64,000 bases of DNA from positions 1,737,281 to 1,801,280 of the forward strand of contig BPHJ01000001.1 of the NCBI GenBank assembly GCA_026003475.1. The letters are read 5' to 3'. Shown one piece after another: positions 27,824 to 38,287 of the stretch. Below the pieces are notes generated by a model, which worked only from the letters and a program-made list of their open reading frames with translations, was not told the origin of the DNA and ran no database searches. The position numbers and the translations under genes are program-made. The stretch is from Candidatus Kapaibacterium sp. Lineage in GTDB: Bacteria; Bacteroidota; Ignavibacteria; Kapaibacteriales; NICIL-2. The first letter of the stretch is position 1. Every line of letters starts with the position of its first letter.

Positions 27824-30800
27824 TGGGATACCTCCGATGAATTCATCACAGGTGACTCGATAATGGTTCCGTAGCGCTCCAGTTGTTGTCGCAAGCCGGT
27901 AATGTCGAATTGTTCGTAGGCTCGGCGGACACGCTCAATGTATCGGCGAAATGAGGGTGGACTTGACGGGTCGGCTGCTCGCTCGAGAGCGGCAATGAAT
28001 GCTTCGATGTCGGTTGAGCTCATTCGCTGGATGGCCGCTTGCCACTCCGCAGCAGCTACCTTGCCAATCAGGCTGCGCTGCTCAGGTGGCAGGGACTCGA
28101 TGTCGTCGGAGCTTTCCTCGGCGGCAGTAACATTGGGTTGTTGCTGCTTGATGGAATTCGGCAGGATCGAGCACGCAGCTTGCAGGAACGTATCATGCAC
28201 GATAGGCTTCAACAGCACGGTATCGAAAAGCGCTGCATGCTCCTTGCACGTTAGGGGGGACGCAGTCACTGCCACCAGTGGGATACGGCTCCAACGCGGA
28301 TGACGTCGGAGCTGCTCGGCAAGGTCAATGCCGCTCCGGTTGGGCATCTGAATGTCGGTAAAAACTGCCGCCGGTTCGGTCAACGCAATCAAGCGTTCCG
28401 CTTCATCGGCACTGCCAGCCTCGTGGACAACAGCGCCATGGTGCTCCAAGTACGACCGCAGCAGTGCTCGGTTGCTTTCGATGTCGTCCACGACAACGAC
28501 GACCGCACCACCGAAATCAACTGCTGGTTCCGCGCTTGCCGACCGTGCCGGCATTCCTTCAATCTGTGCTTGGCGGACCGATGGCAGCGTGACGGTAAAG
28601 ACCGATCCGCTACCCACGGTGCTTCGGACGCTGATTGTGCCACCCATGAGAGTCGCAAGCCGCTTGCAGATTGCCAGCCCCAGCCCTGTGCCACCGTATT
28701 TGCGCGTGCTCTGTCCCTCGACCTGTTGGAATGCTTCGAAGATTGCCTCGAGCTGGTCGTTGGGGATACCAATGCCGGTATCCTCCACCTCCAGAATGAG
28801 TCGCCACGTTTCGTCATCGTTTGGTGTGCCGAAGACGCGAATCGTTACCCATCCTCGATCGGTGAATTTGATGGCATTGCCGACAAGGTTGAAGAGAATC
28901 TGCCGCATGCGGACAGTGTCAATGTCCACCACCGTCGGGAGAGTTCCAAGAAGTTCTGTTCGGAGTTCGATGCCCTTCGAGCTTGCACGTTCACTCATAA
29001 ACATGCGGATTTCCTCGATGAATGTCTGCAGCTCGGTCGGCTCGATTTCCAGCCGCATTTTCCCTGCTTCGAGCTTCGAAAGGTCCAAGATGTCGTTGAT
29101 CAGTTGGAGCAAGGTTTGCCCACCGCTGCGGATGGCAGCAATGTACTCGCGTTGGAGGGGATCGGTGGCGGTTTTCTCCAGCAGCGATGCAAAACCCAAG
29201 ATTGCATTCATCGGCGTGCGAATCTCGTGGCTCATGTTCGCCAAGAACTCGCTTTTGACTCTGCTGGATTGCTCGGCTTGTTCCCGAGCGCGGATAAGCT
29301 CCTGCTCCTGCAGGTACTGCTCGGTGATGTCTTGCACCGTTCCCCGCAGCACGGTCACCTTTCCCCTGCAGACGACGGGCTCGCCCTGACACTGCATCCA
29401 CCGGACTTGCTTGTCGCTGGCACGAATGATGCGATAGCGCATGCTATACGGACGGTGCGTTTTGATGGCATTGAGGATGGTCGAGAGCCACATTTCCTGA
29501 TCATCGCGATGGATATGCGGCTGATAGCGGTGGAGCGACAGTGGTTCATCACGAGGCGGCAAGCCGAGCAAGTTCCAGAGCTCACTGGTGCAGGTAAGGT
29601 GGAACGACACCGGGTCAATTTCCCAACTTGCCATCCGTGCCATGCGTTGAGATTCTTCCAGCAAATGTCGGAGTTTCTGCTGCTGTTGCTGCTGCTGGCG
29701 AAGCTGGGTTTCATCAATGACAATACCGACAATCCTGGGCGAGGAACTGCCATCGGTTCCTATTTGCGAAAGCGTTGCAATTGCGCGGAAGTGTTTGCGT
29801 TCGCCCGACGGGGCAAAATAGTCATAGGTCAAGACGCACTGCCCTTGCCTCCGCCGGATGAGGGCGCGGAGAGTACCGACAATATCCCGCATATGGGCAT
29901 GGTGGATGCGATGCCGCCACTGGTGCAGCAACTGTTTACCCTGCACCGCTGGCACGATACCGTGGAGCAGATACATGGTCTCGTCCCAGACAGGGACAAG
30001 CGTTTGCAGATCGAGTTCCCAAACCCCGATGCCAGCACCACGGGTTGCCAGTTGCATGCGTTGGTGAAGTTGCTCGCGCTGCGTTCGTTCTTCCATGAGC
30101 GTGGTGATGTCGTCGGTCACCAGCAGTAGTTGCTCAATACGCCCACCCTCGCCGCGCTTGAAGACGGTAATGCGCGAGTAGTACCAGTGCCAGCGGTCAT
30201 CCTGTTGACGCAGACGATAGACGCACGAAGCGCTACTGCCATCCCCCAGCGAGAGGGACTGCTCGCGGCAGCGCTCGAGTGTTTCTTGATCGTCGGGATG
30301 GACCGCAGTACAGAACCGTTCGAAACTCCACTGCACAACCTCTGTCGGTCCCCACCCGAGAACGCGTGCGTTTCCCGCATAGACGAAGCGATTTTTGCCC
30401 AGGTCATAGATGAGTATAGCTTGCGGCACTGTTCGGACAATCCGGTCGAGGGTGTGCAAGACCCGCCGAATCTTCCTCTCTTGCCGTATGCGGTCGCTCA
30501 CATCCCGAAGGGAAAACAACAGGTATTGCTTTCGTCCCAATTGCTCGAGCGTGGCGAGAATTTCCACCGGCAGCAGTCGTCTGTTGCGATGGATCAGCTG
30601 AAACTCCCTCCGCAACGATGTACCTTCACCGCTGGAGCGCAACGTAGCCAGCAGCGTGCTCAACTGGCGTCGCTGCTCGGGATGCACAAGCGCGCGGAAA
30701 TGGTTGTTCACCAACTCAGAGGGATTGTAGCCGAGCATCTCCGTGGAGCGGGCATTGGCTTCGAGGATCGTGCCGTTCTCGCTCAGAATAAGCATGCAAT

Positions 30801-31044
30801 CAGGACTTTCGGTGACTAAGCGCTGTACCAACGCACCTTGTTCCTGCGCAGCACGATAGAGCTTCCACAGCACAGCATAGCCAACCGTAACTGCTACGCT
30901 CAAGGCCGTCCCCAACGGTGCGCGCCACTGCTCCGGAAGCATGCCTATCCAGTAGAGCAGCTTCCCGCCCCACAGCAGCAGCAGGAGACTTGCAACGACG
31001 GTCACAACTGCACGCTCACGAAAGTGGATCTGCCGTTCGAGCAT
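27820..31044 (-). CDS. Multi-PAS hybrid sensor histidine kinase (TM-PAS(n)-HisKA-HATPase-REC plus helical tail)
   Basis: The ATG at 31044 gives two TM helices and then several PAS/PAC-like modules. The H-box is [14 protein letters not shown], the HATPase is EDTGIGI...GGTGLGLAI, and the receiver is [11 protein letters not shown]...[10 protein letters not shown]. The ORF-track start at 31269 lies within the upstream GT9 gene. Confidence 0.85.
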   Translation of the reverse strand: MLERQIHFRERAVVTVVASLLLLLWGGKLLYWIGMLPEQWRAPLGTALSVAVTVGYAVLWKLYRAAQEQGALVQRLVTESPDCMLILSENGTILEANARSTEMLGYNPSELVNNHFRALVHPEQRRQLSTLLATLRSSGEGTSLRREFQLIHRNRRLLPVEILATLEQLGRKQYLLFSLRDVSDRIRQERKIRRVLHTLDRIVRTVPQAILIYDLGKNRFVYAGNARVLGWGPTEVVQWSFERFCTAVHPDDQETLERCREQSLSLGDGSSASCVYRLRQQDDRWHWYYSRITVFKRGEGGRIEQLLLVTDDITTLMEERTQREQLHQRMQLATRGAGIGVWELDLQTLVPVWDETMYLLHGIVPAVQGKQLLHQWRHRIHHAHMRDIVGTLRALIRRRQGQCVLTYDYFAPSGERKHFRAIATLSQIGTDGSSSPRIVGIVIDETQLRQQQQQQQKLRHLLEESQRMARMASWEIDPVSFHLTCTSELWNLLGLPPRDEPLSLHRYQPHIHRDDQEMWLSTILNAIKTHRPYSMRYRIIRASDKQVRWMQCQGEPVVCRGKVTVLRGTVQDITEQYLQEQELIRAREQAEQSSRVKSEFLANMSHEIRTPMNAILGFASLLEKTATDPLQREYIAAIRSGGQTLLQLINDILDLSKLEAGKMRLEIEPTELQTFIEEIRMFMSERASSKGIELRTELLGTLPTVVDIDTVRMRQILFNLVGNAIKFTDRGWVTIRVFGTPNDDETWRLILEVEDTGIGIPNDQLEAIFEAFQQVEGQSTRKYGGTGLGLAICKRLATLMGGTISVRSTVGSGSVFTVTLPSVRQAQIEGMPARSASAEPAVDFGGAVVVVVDDIESNRALLRSYLEHHGAVVHEAGSADEAERLIALTEPAAVFTDIQMPNRSGIDLAEQLRRHPRWSRIPLVAVTASPLTCKEHAALFDTVLLKPIVHDTFLQAACSILPNSIKQQQPNVTAAEESSDDIESLPPEQRSLIGKVAAAEWQAAIQRMSSTDIEAFIAALERAADPSSPPSFRRYIERVRRAYEQFDITGLRQQLERYGTIIESPVMNSSEVSQ

Positions 31045-31183
31045 GTGCTTTTTGCATGTTACCACACAGTGATTGATACCTTGTGCGCTGCAGGCACGCA
31101 CTTTTTGGGTGAAAGTATCGGCATCTCTGGGACGGACTAAAGCCCCGCTCGCTTCCGGCTGGAAGGATAAAAGCGACGACGCT

Positions 31184-32182
31184 CTATTGGTGGGGGAGCT
31201 TGCGAAGGAGTTGGCAGATTGCCTCGGCGACCTGCGCAGGTTGGATGCGTTCGATCGGTGTTGCTGCAAGCACGATTGCTGGATTTACCAGCGGTCCCCA
31301 TCGCGAGGGCGACAGTGCAGGCGGTTGGGCTGGGAATAGCCCCACAACAGGCGTCCCGAGTGCTGCGGCAATGTGGAGCACACCTGTTGAGTTCGCGACG
31401 ACAAGGCTTGCACGGGCAAGCAGTGCAATTAGCTCTGCCAGCGACAGCGCACCGCAGAGGTTGACTGCTCGCTGAACCTGGTTGGCAATTGCACTGCAGG
31501 ATGCTGCCTCGGCTGGGGTTCCGGTTACAACGAGCCGCCAAGGGTCCTCCAGCATTGCATCCAGGAGCAGTGCCAGCGCAGGGAAGTTTTGCCACCGTGG
31601 CGCTGACCCGCGCCCTCCGGGGTGGAGCACAATCAACCGATCGCTTTGGCCAATGCCGGCAGCTACCAGCCGCTGTGCCACCGCTGCCTGAGCGGAAGCC
31701 CGCACCACAGGTGGGACCAGAGCAACCGCATACTGCCGCCCGGTGATGGATTCGAGCATGCGGACGTTGTAGGCAGCTTCGTGGAAGAGTGCCCTGCTGC
31801 GATGCTCCCGGATGCGCACCGAGTAGAGGAAGCTCCACCATCGGTAGGCGGTCCCCACGCGAAGCGGCACGCGGTGCTTCCAGGCATGCCAGACCTCGTC
31901 GGCGCGGGCGCGAGGGAAAAAGATCGCATCACACGGCATGCCCTCCAGCAGTGAACCCAACGGCGTTTGGTCAACGTAGCAATAGCGGTCAACAACAGGC
32001 GTCCCCTCGATCAGCGGCGCAGTCCGACTATGCGCAACCACCGCTATTTCAGCGTGCGGGTATTCTTCCCGAAGCACACGTGCCAGCGGGAGCGTCAGCA
32101 CCATGTCTCCCAGATGGTCGGTGCGAACAATACCGATCCGGTGAGCACGGGCAAGAACCTGGCGCGCGCGTTCGAGGGTCAT
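31184..32182 (-). CDS. Family 9 glycosyltransferase (LPS heptosyltransferase-like)
   Basis: [24 protein letters not shown]...[11 protein letters not shown]...[36 protein letters not shown] is the GT9 pattern. The ATG at 32182 forms an ATGA overlap with the miaB stop. Confidence 0.8.
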   Translation of the reverse strand: MTLERARQVLARAHRIGIVRTDHLGDMVLTLPLARVLREEYPHAEIAVVAHSRTAPLIEGTPVVDRYCYVDQTPLGSLLEGMPCDAIFFPRARADEVWHAWKHRVPLRVGTAYRWWSFLYSVRIREHRSRALFHEAAYNVRMLESITGRQYAVALVPPVVRASAQAAVAQRLVAAGIGQSDRLIVLHPGGRGSAPRWQNFPALALLLDAMLEDPWRLVVTGTPAEAASCSAIANQVQRAVNLCGALSLAELIALLARASLVVANSTGVLHIAAALGTPVVGLFPAQPPALSPSRWGPLVNPAIVLAATPIERIQPAQVAEAICQLLRKLPHQ

Positions 32183-33564
32183 TCGGCGATGCAACCAAGC
32201 AGCGTTGCGCTGGTCGCACGTTCGATGCGGACTTTGACCACGTCCCCAACGATGTAACCAGCAGTGGCGCCGATATGCGGAAAGACGACCACCTTGTTAG
32301 TATCGGTGCGCCCCTGCCACTGCGTGGAATCGCGTTTGCTGGGACCCTCGACGAGAACCTCGACGGTCCGTCCAATCTCGGTTTGGTTGATCTCCCACGA
32401 AATGCGATTTTGGAGCTGAATGATTTCGTCGAGGCGCTGCGACTTGACATGGTCGGGGACGTCGTCGCCCATCTTCCATGCCTTGGTGTTTTCGCGCGGT
32501 GAGTACTTGAACATGTAGGCACCATCGTAGCGCACGGTGCGAAGGAGTTCGAGGGTCTGTTGGTGGTCCTCGTCGGTTTCGGTACAGAATCCCACGATAA
32601 TGTCGGTCGAGAGTGCGCAACCTGGAATGGTCGCGCGGATTTTCTCGATGCGTCCCAGGTACTGCTCCACCGTATAGTGGCGGTTCATCAATTGGAGAAT
32701 GCGGTTGCTGCCCGACTGGACCGGCAAATGAATGTAGGGGCAAATGTTGGCATAAGCTGCCATGGTCTCGATGAGGCGGTCGCTCATGTCGTACGGGTGC
32801 GAGGTTGTGTAGCGAATGCGCATGTGGGGAACAGCCGTAGCAACCGCAGCGAGCAAGTCGGCAAAATCACCTGCACCGCCGGGATCGCGGTAGGAGTTGA
32901 CATTTTGGCCCAACAACGTGACCTCGCGGAACCCTTGTTCCCAAAGATTCTCCGCTTCCCGCACAATGCTGGCAAGTGGCCGCGAACGTTCGCGACCGCG
33001 CGTGAACGGCACAACGCAGAACGTGCAGAACTTGTCGCATCCCCGCATGATCGAAATCCAGGCGCTGATGCCCTGTGTCCGGATGGGGGTGATATCGTCG
33101 TAGGTTTCCACGCGGCTGAGTTTGACGGCGATCCCCAGTTCACCCTCGAAGGCACGCTCGACCAGTTCTGGTAAGCGGCGGTACTCATCAGGCCCAACGA
33201 CGATGTCCACAAGCCCCTGCTCGCCAAGCAAACTGCTGCGCAAACGTTCTGCCATGCAGCCAAGCACACCGACGACCATCTGCGGTTTGCGCTTGCGCCA
33301 ATAGCGCAGGTGTTTGAGTCGCTCATGAATCTTGCGCTCGGCATTATCGCGAATAGCGCAGGTATTGAGCAGCACCACGTCGGCATCTTCGATGGATGTC
33401 GTGAGCCGATACCCCTGTCCCGCCATGATTGCCTGCACGATCTCGGTGTCGTTGAGGTTCATTTGGCAACCATAGGTTTCGACGTAGAGTGCCCGTCCGG
33501 CACCATCGGCAGAGGAGAGCAGCTGTTGTTGCTCGGTGAGAACGGGAAGCTCCAGTGTGTGCAT
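32179..33564 (-). CDS. miaB: tRNA-2-methylthio-N6-dimethylallyladenosine synthase
   Basis: The UPF0004 N-domain reads LYVETYGCQMNLNDTE, the radical-SAM site is GCDKFCTFCVVPFTRGRERS, and the TRAM C-terminus is GDVVKVRIERATSATLLG. The ATG at 33564 is preferred over the TTG at 33573. Confidence 0.9.
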   Translation of the reverse strand: MHTLELPVLTEQQQLLSSADGAGRALYVETYGCQMNLNDTEIVQAIMAGQGYRLTTSIEDADVVLLNTCAIRDNAERKIHERLKHLRYWRKRKPQMVVGVLGCMAERLRSSLLGEQGLVDIVVGPDEYRRLPELVERAFEGELGIAVKLSRVETYDDITPIRTQGISAWISIMRGCDKFCTFCVVPFTRGRERSRPLASIVREAENLWEQGFREVTLLGQNVNSYRDPGGAGDFADLLAAVATAVPHMRIRYTTSHPYDMSDRLIETMAAYANICPYIHLPVQSGSNRILQLMNRHYTVEQYLGRIEKIRATIPGCALSTDIIVGFCTETDEDHQQTLELLRTVRYDGAYMFKYSPRENTKAWKMGDDVPDHVKSQRLDEIIQLQNRISWEINQTEIGRTVEVLVEGPSKRDSTQWQGRTDTNKVVVFPHIGATAGYIVGDVVKVRIERATSATLLGCIAE

Positions 33565-33644
33565 GGGGAACAATGGCAGAGTGTTCGACTGGATGCAAAC
33601 TTAGCGCACGCGGACCAGGTGCAGCTCTGATGCAGGTGCTTCTC

Positions 33645-34421
33645 TTACGGATGCTGGGCGGCCAGTTGAGCCAGGATGAATTCGGGGTGGTTGCTGACAA
33701 TGGCAGTCACCGGATATCGCAACACGTGTGCAAGTTGGCGCGCGGTGTTGACCGTATAGACACCGACGTAGAGACCACTGCCGACAGCATCGCCAATTCG
33801 CCAGGCGGTGCATTCCCGCAAGGAGCAGACAAACGCTTCGCAGCCGATCGCGCGCGCAATCTCCGATGGCAATCGGCGATCGCCGGGAACGTTGATGGCA
33901 GCAGTATGGCAGCCCGGCAGAACGGTTCGCAACACCTGCAGCGAGCGATGGTGAAACGAGGTAAAGAGCACGTGCTCGGTCATCCCACACTGCTCCACGA
34001 TTGCAGCAATCCGTTCGAGCCGCCACCGGAGGTCCTCGCGTTCATCGGCGGGAGCTTTGATCTCGATACTGGCGTAGGTCTGGTGTTCACGCAAAAGCTC
34101 CAGCGCATCCTGGAGCAAGGGCACCCGCTGCCCACGATAGGTGGCATCGAACCATGCACCCGCATCGAGCTTCGATAGCTCGGTGTAGGTGATACGATGC
34201 GTTCGCCCATGCCCGCTGGTGGTGCGTCCAAGCGTTCGGTCGTGGAACAGCACGACCTGACCATCGCTGGTGAGCTGGACATCTACTTCCACCATCGGCA
34301 CACCGGTTGCAATGGCGGATTCGATCGCGGCGAGCGTGTTTTCGGGCGCAATAGCGGAAGCGCCGCGATGAGCAACCACAAAGCGCCGGTGGGCACGCAC
34401 AAAATTTGCCAACGACATCAT
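33645..34421 (-). CDS. Glycerophosphodiester phosphodiesterase family protein
   Basis: VVAHRGASAIAPENTLAAIESAI...VEVDVQLTSDGQVVLFHDRTL is the GDPD signature. The ATG at 34421 forms an ATGA overlap with the fmt stop. The upstream 106 codons of the track ORF overlap fmt. Confidence 0.8.
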   Translation of the reverse strand: MMSLANFVRAHRRFVVAHRGASAIAPENTLAAIESAIATGVPMVEVDVQLTSDGQVVLFHDRTLGRTTSGHGRTHRITYTELSKLDAGAWFDATYRGQRVPLLQDALELLREHQTYASIEIKAPADEREDLRWRLERIAAIVEQCGMTEHVLFTSFHHRSLQVLRTVLPGCHTAAINVPGDRRLPSEIARAIGCEAFVCSLRECTAWRIGDAVGSGLYVGVYTVNTARQLAHVLRYPVTAIVSNHPEFILAQLAAQHP

Positions 34422-35377
34422 GGGTGCACGGTCGTCGGGGATGGAACAGCAAAGGTGCCTTCGCGAGCACCGCGCCACCCTCGAAGGAGCACTTCGACAG
34501 GCAGACTCCGCCGACCCGGCAACTGTACCTGTTCCAAGACGAGCGTGCCACGGCGGCAGCAGACCTGCCATTGGTTGTCCAGCATGAACCACTGCCCAGG
34601 CGTAGAATGCTCGGTTTCTTCGTCGGCAATGCGGGCACGGTAGATTTTGAGCCGCACACCATCGAGAAGCGTCCAGGCACCGGGGTCGGGTGAATGCCCG
34701 TGGATGAAATTCCGGACCGTGCGTGCATCGCCATTCCAATCAACCCCTGCTGTTTCGGGATGCAGTTTAGGTGCAGCGGTTGCGCAGGTATCGTCCTGTG
34801 GCTGTGGACGAAGTATTCCGGCCTGCCAGGCTGCAATGGTGCGGCTGGCAAGCTCGGCACCCAGCGGTGCCAACAGTGCTGCTGCTTCGCCGGCAGTGAT
34901 CCCATCGGGTAGCGGCACGCGCTCCTGCAACAAGATCATGCCAGCATCTACGCGCTCGCTGAGGACAAAGGTTGTCACGCCCGTCTCGCGCTCGCCGGCA
35001 ATGATCGCATGGGCAATAGGCGCTGGACCGCGATACTTCGGCAGCAGACTTGGATGCACGTTGAATGCCAGCGCTGGAAGCTCCAGCAACGAGCGGGGGA
35101 GAATACGAAAGGCGACCACACAGAAAATATCCGCACCAATTCCTGCAAGAGTAGCCGCCAGCGTCTCGTCCCGCAGCGATGCCGGTTGCAAGATGGGCGC
35201 GATCCCAAGCTGCTGGGCGATGCGCTTGACCGGCGGCGGTCGCAGCGTGCGCCCTCGACCAGCCGGAGCATCCGGAAGCGTCACCACGGCGGCGATGCCC
35301 CACTCGCGATGGAGCCGCTCCAGCGTGGGAATGGCAAACTCGGGGGTGCCGAAAAACACAATCCGCGGTGCGCTCAT
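34418..35377 (-). CDS. fmt: Methionyl-tRNA formyltransferase
   Basis: IVFFGTPEFAIPTLERL...PDAPAGRGR...NVHPSLLPKYRGPAPI are typical Fmt motifs. ATGA overlap with the upstream isomerase stop. Confidence 0.9.
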   Translation of the reverse strand: MSAPRIVFFGTPEFAIPTLERLHREWGIAAVVTLPDAPAGRGRTLRPPPVKRIAQQLGIAPILQPASLRDETLAATLAGIGADIFCVVAFRILPRSLLELPALAFNVHPSLLPKYRGPAPIAHAIIAGERETGVTTFVLSERVDAGMILLQERVPLPDGITAGEAAALLAPLGAELASRTIAAWQAGILRPQPQDDTCATAAPKLHPETAGVDWNGDARTVRNFIHGHSPDPGAWTLLDGVRLKIYRARIADEETEHSTPGQWFMLDNQWQVCCRRGTLVLEQVQLPGRRSLPVEVLLRGWRGAREGTFAVPSPTTVHP

Positions 35378-36453
35378 TGGGCACTTGCTAAGATGTGCTT
35401 GAGATCTTCGATGACAGGCACAGGCGTCGGGTCAACGCCGTTGAGCAGTGCCAGGTAGTAGCTTGTCCAGTCGCCCACATAGAGCAAACTCATCATGCGC
35501 GCCAGCAAACTGTTGCCCCGTCCTTCGACCGAGAGGATTGTTCGAACGCCTGCATTCCGCAGAATGTCCTCGAGTGCTCGGAAACGGAGCGCCACTCGTG
35601 GATGGTCCTCCCGATCGCGCAGCAATACAACTGCTGCATGGCGAACGATCGCCGGAGGAAACTGCCAACCGTTGATTTCGTTGTGGTTCATCTCGGGAAG
35701 CACGTGCGAGAAGGCAAGCTGTTTGGCGTTTTCCTGAATCTGTCCGCGCCATCGGAGCGCGACGGCATCGGTGCGTTCGTAGGCAGCATAGATGACCGGC
35801 AAGCGTCCGCGAAGTGCTCGTGCCAGCACATAGGCAGGGTTTGTTGCACTCGGCTCGGCACATTCTTCGGAGAGTTGTTCGAGGACTTCCAGCATTTCGG
35901 GGATAGCCTTCTCCGTCGTGCGGCGGGCGCGTTCTTCCACTGCTGGATGGCCAAGCACCGTTTGGAGAAGCGGAAAGAACGAGTATCCAACCGCAGCACG
36001 TGGCTGGAACCCAGCCGGGATGATGATGGAAGGCACACGATGCCGCTTGGCAAGTTCTGCCAAGCGCCCACCGGTTGTGATGCAGAGCAGATGGGAGGTG
36101 CGTTTTCGCGCCTCGGTGTAGGCCGAGAGCGTCTCTTCCGTATTGCCGCTGTAGGAACTGGCGATAAGCACACTGGACCGATCCACAAACGGTGGTGCAC
36201 CATACCCTCGCCAGACATGGAGCCGCACGCGCTCGGCTCCACGCGTGGCGGCACAGTACGACCGCACAAGATCGGCACCAATTGCCGAGCCGCCCAGTCC
36301 GGCGACCACAATATCGGAACGCACCTCGACACCCGTAAGCTGCGGTGCTTGGGCAGCAAGCTGTAATGCATGCCGCACCTGATCGGGGAAGGTACGCAAC
36401 ACCGCTCGCATGTTCGAGCGATCGTGGACAAAAAGTCGTGCTGCCTGTGCCAT
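35374..36453 (-). CDS. Bifunctional phosphoglucose/phosphomannose isomerase (SIS domain)
   Basis: The ATG at 36453. VVAGLGGSAIGADL...IASSYSGNTEETL... and the C-terminal WTSYYLALLNGVDPTPV resemble the PGI/PMI family. The track start at 36759 overlaps the divergent gene. Confidence 0.8.
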   Translation of the reverse strand: MAQAARLFVHDRSNMRAVLRTFPDQVRHALQLAAQAPQLTGVEVRSDIVVAGLGGSAIGADLVRSYCAATRGAERVRLHVWRGYGAPPFVDRSSVLIASSYSGNTEETLSAYTEARKRTSHLLCITTGGRLAELAKRHRVPSIIIPAGFQPRAAVGYSFFPLLQTVLGHPAVEERARRTTEKAIPEMLEVLEQLSEECAEPSATNPAYVLARALRGRLPVIYAAYERTDAVALRWRGQIQENAKQLAFSHVLPEMNHNEINGWQFPPAIVRHAAVVLLRDREDHPRVALRFRALEDILRNAGVRTILSVEGRGNSLLARMMSLLYVGDWTSYYLALLNGVDPTPVPVIEDLKHILASAQ

Positions 36454-36500
36454 CGGAGAACAAAAGCGATTGTGGACAACTGCCAGTATCTTTGCATGCA

Positions 36501-37373
36501 ATGATAAGAAACCGCGCCCCCTACTTCGCCTGGTGCCTTCTGCTGGTGGGCATGTGCTCTTTTCTGCGTGCCCATGGGCAGGTTGTGGAATATCCGATCC
36601 GCGCAGAGCTACAGATGGACTCGGTGCAATCGAGCTACATCGCCGAATGGCAGCAGGCAACGCTCGTATTGACCAACCAATCCCCAAGGGCAGTCCGCTG
36701 TACGCCGCGTGCTGTGGTAACCAAAAACGGTCAGATCCTTGCACGCACGAAACTGCCACGCAGTGACCAGTGGGTTCTTGCTCCAGGCGAAAGCGTGCGC
36801 CTACGCGGCGCGAGCATCTTCGGCAGGCTCATCCTTGCTCCCGATCCGGCGCATCATGTGGGGCTGTGGCAAGCCCTCCCCGACACTGGTATGGTTTCGC
36901 TCTGTATCCACGTCACCGACTCGATGGGTATCGAGCATTTCGCTACACCGCTCTGCCGCACGCTCACCGTCTTTGCCTACCGGCTTCCCATCCCGCTTGG
37001 ACCAAATCCAAGCGACACGCTCGTAGCCCGACATCCGGTCACGGTACGCTTTTCGTGGTTACCGGTGCAGCCACAGCGCTCGGGAACGTGCTACGTTGTT
37101 CGATGCTTTCGCTTGCCAGATACGCTCGCTATTGCCGAAGCAGTACGCATCCAAGCACCACTGTTCGAGCAGCGCGTCTGCGATCGCACCGAGCTGCGTT
37201 GGCGTCCACACGCGCTGGCACCGGGGCGATACGTTTGGAGTGTGCAAGCCCTCGATCACGAGCGCGATGCGCCCATTGGCAGCAGCGACGGGTATAGCCT
37301 GAGTGTGCCATTTTCGGTTGCGGCACCGCCCAACGTGCAGCGCTCCAACCACCATCGGCATCGCAGGCGATGA
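36501..37373 (+). CDS. Secreted hypothetical protein (two Ig/Fn3-like beta-sandwich halves, basic HHRHRRR tail)
   Basis: The ATG at 36501 gives the signal peptide MIRNRAPYFAWCLLLVGMCSFLRAHG. Codon third-position GC bias is consistent with coding. The second half carries a GRYVWSVQALD-type Ig-like motif. Its stop overlaps the next gene's ATG (ATGA at 37370-37373). Confidence 0.55.
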   Translation: MIRNRAPYFAWCLLLVGMCSFLRAHGQVVEYPIRAELQMDSVQSSYIAEWQQATLVLTNQSPRAVRCTPRAVVTKNGQILARTKLPRSDQWVLAPGESVRLRGASIFGRLILAPDPAHHVGLWQALPDTGMVSLCIHVTDSMGIEHFATPLCRTLTVFAYRLPIPLGPNPSDTLVARHPVTVRFSWLPVQPQRSGTCYVVRCFRLPDTLAIAEAVRIQAPLFEQRVCDRTELRWRPHALAPGRYVWSVQALDHERDAPIGSSDGYSLSVPFSVAAPPNVQRSNHHRHRRR

Positions 37374-38287
37374 GTACCCGATCTGAGATCGCACGCATGC
37401 AGTATCGCTACGGTGTGCTGTTTGCGCTACCGTGGATCGCAACCTTTGCAGTCTTCTGGCTCTATCCGCTCATCGAAGCATTCTCGCTGAGCATGAGCCA
37501 GTACTCGACGCTCACCGGGGAGCGGCAGTGGATCGGGTTGGAAAACTACATTGCCCTGTTCCAGGATCCGATGCTCTGGCGTGCGCTGACCAATACAGCC
37601 ATCTTTGCTGCCGGAACAGTGCCGACAACAACCGCACTGGCGCTGGTGCTGGCAGTCTTACTCGACCGCGTTGTTCATCGGACGTTTGGTGCAGTGCTTC
37701 GCGCCCTGTACTTTTTGCCAACAGTTACCTCACTGGTCGTCGTTGCTCTCATTTTCACCAACCTCTATGCCCGCGATGGCGCACTCAATGGACTACTGGC
37801 AACACTGGGACTGCCCTATCCCGAACGGGGATGGTTGCTTGAACCTGCAACAGCTCTTGCGTCCATCATGGCAATGGACGTGTGGATGGCAACGGGCTAC
37901 TATATGGTGATCATCTTGGCTGGCTTGCAGACTATCCCACGTCACCTTTATGAGGTTGCCACCCTTTCGGGCGCGACTGCATGGCAACAGTTTCGTTGGA
38001 TTACCTTGCCGCTGCTCAAGCCAACACTCCTTTTTGTCGTGGTGATGAACACGATCAAATCGCTCCAGGTATTCACCGAAGTGTACGTGATGACGCGCGG
38101 CGGACCGCTGGAAGGCACAACGACGACGCTCGTGTACGAACTCTACCGCAACGCCTTCGAGCGCAGCGACGGCATGGGATATGCGGCTGCCATTGCGGTG
38201 GTGGTCTTCGTGCTCATTGCTGCGATCTCGTGGGTGGAAGTACGTTTGCTGACCCGAAGTCATACCCTTGCACCGCTGAAGCGATGA
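37370..38287 (+). CDS. Carbohydrate-type ABC transporter permease (MalF/UgpA-like, BPD_transp_1)
   Basis: Six predicted TM helices and the EAA loop EVATLSGATAWQQFRWITLPLLKP. No partner permease, substrate-binding protein or ABC ATPase is adjacent. Confidence 0.85.
   Translation: MSTRSEIARMQYRYGVLFALPWIATFAVFWLYPLIEAFSLSMSQYSTLTGERQWIGLENYIALFQDPMLWRALTNTAIFAAGTVPTTTALALVLAVLLDRVVHRTFGAVLRALYFLPTVTSLVVVALIFTNLYARDGALNGLLATLGLPYPERGWLLEPATALASIMAMDVWMATGYYMVIILAGLQTIPRHLYEVATLSGATAWQQFRWITLPLLKPTLLFVVVMNTIKSLQVFTEVYVMTRGGPLEGTTTTLVYELYRNAFERSDGMGYAAAIAVVVFVLIAAISWVEVRLLTRSHTLAPLKR

Noticed and set aside
28300-30129. 609-aa ORF antisense to the multi-PAS hybrid kinase gene
   Set aside because: Same reasoning as above. 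The minus-strand frame carries clear HisKA, HATPase and REC motifs. The plus-strand product has no motifs and an atypical composition.
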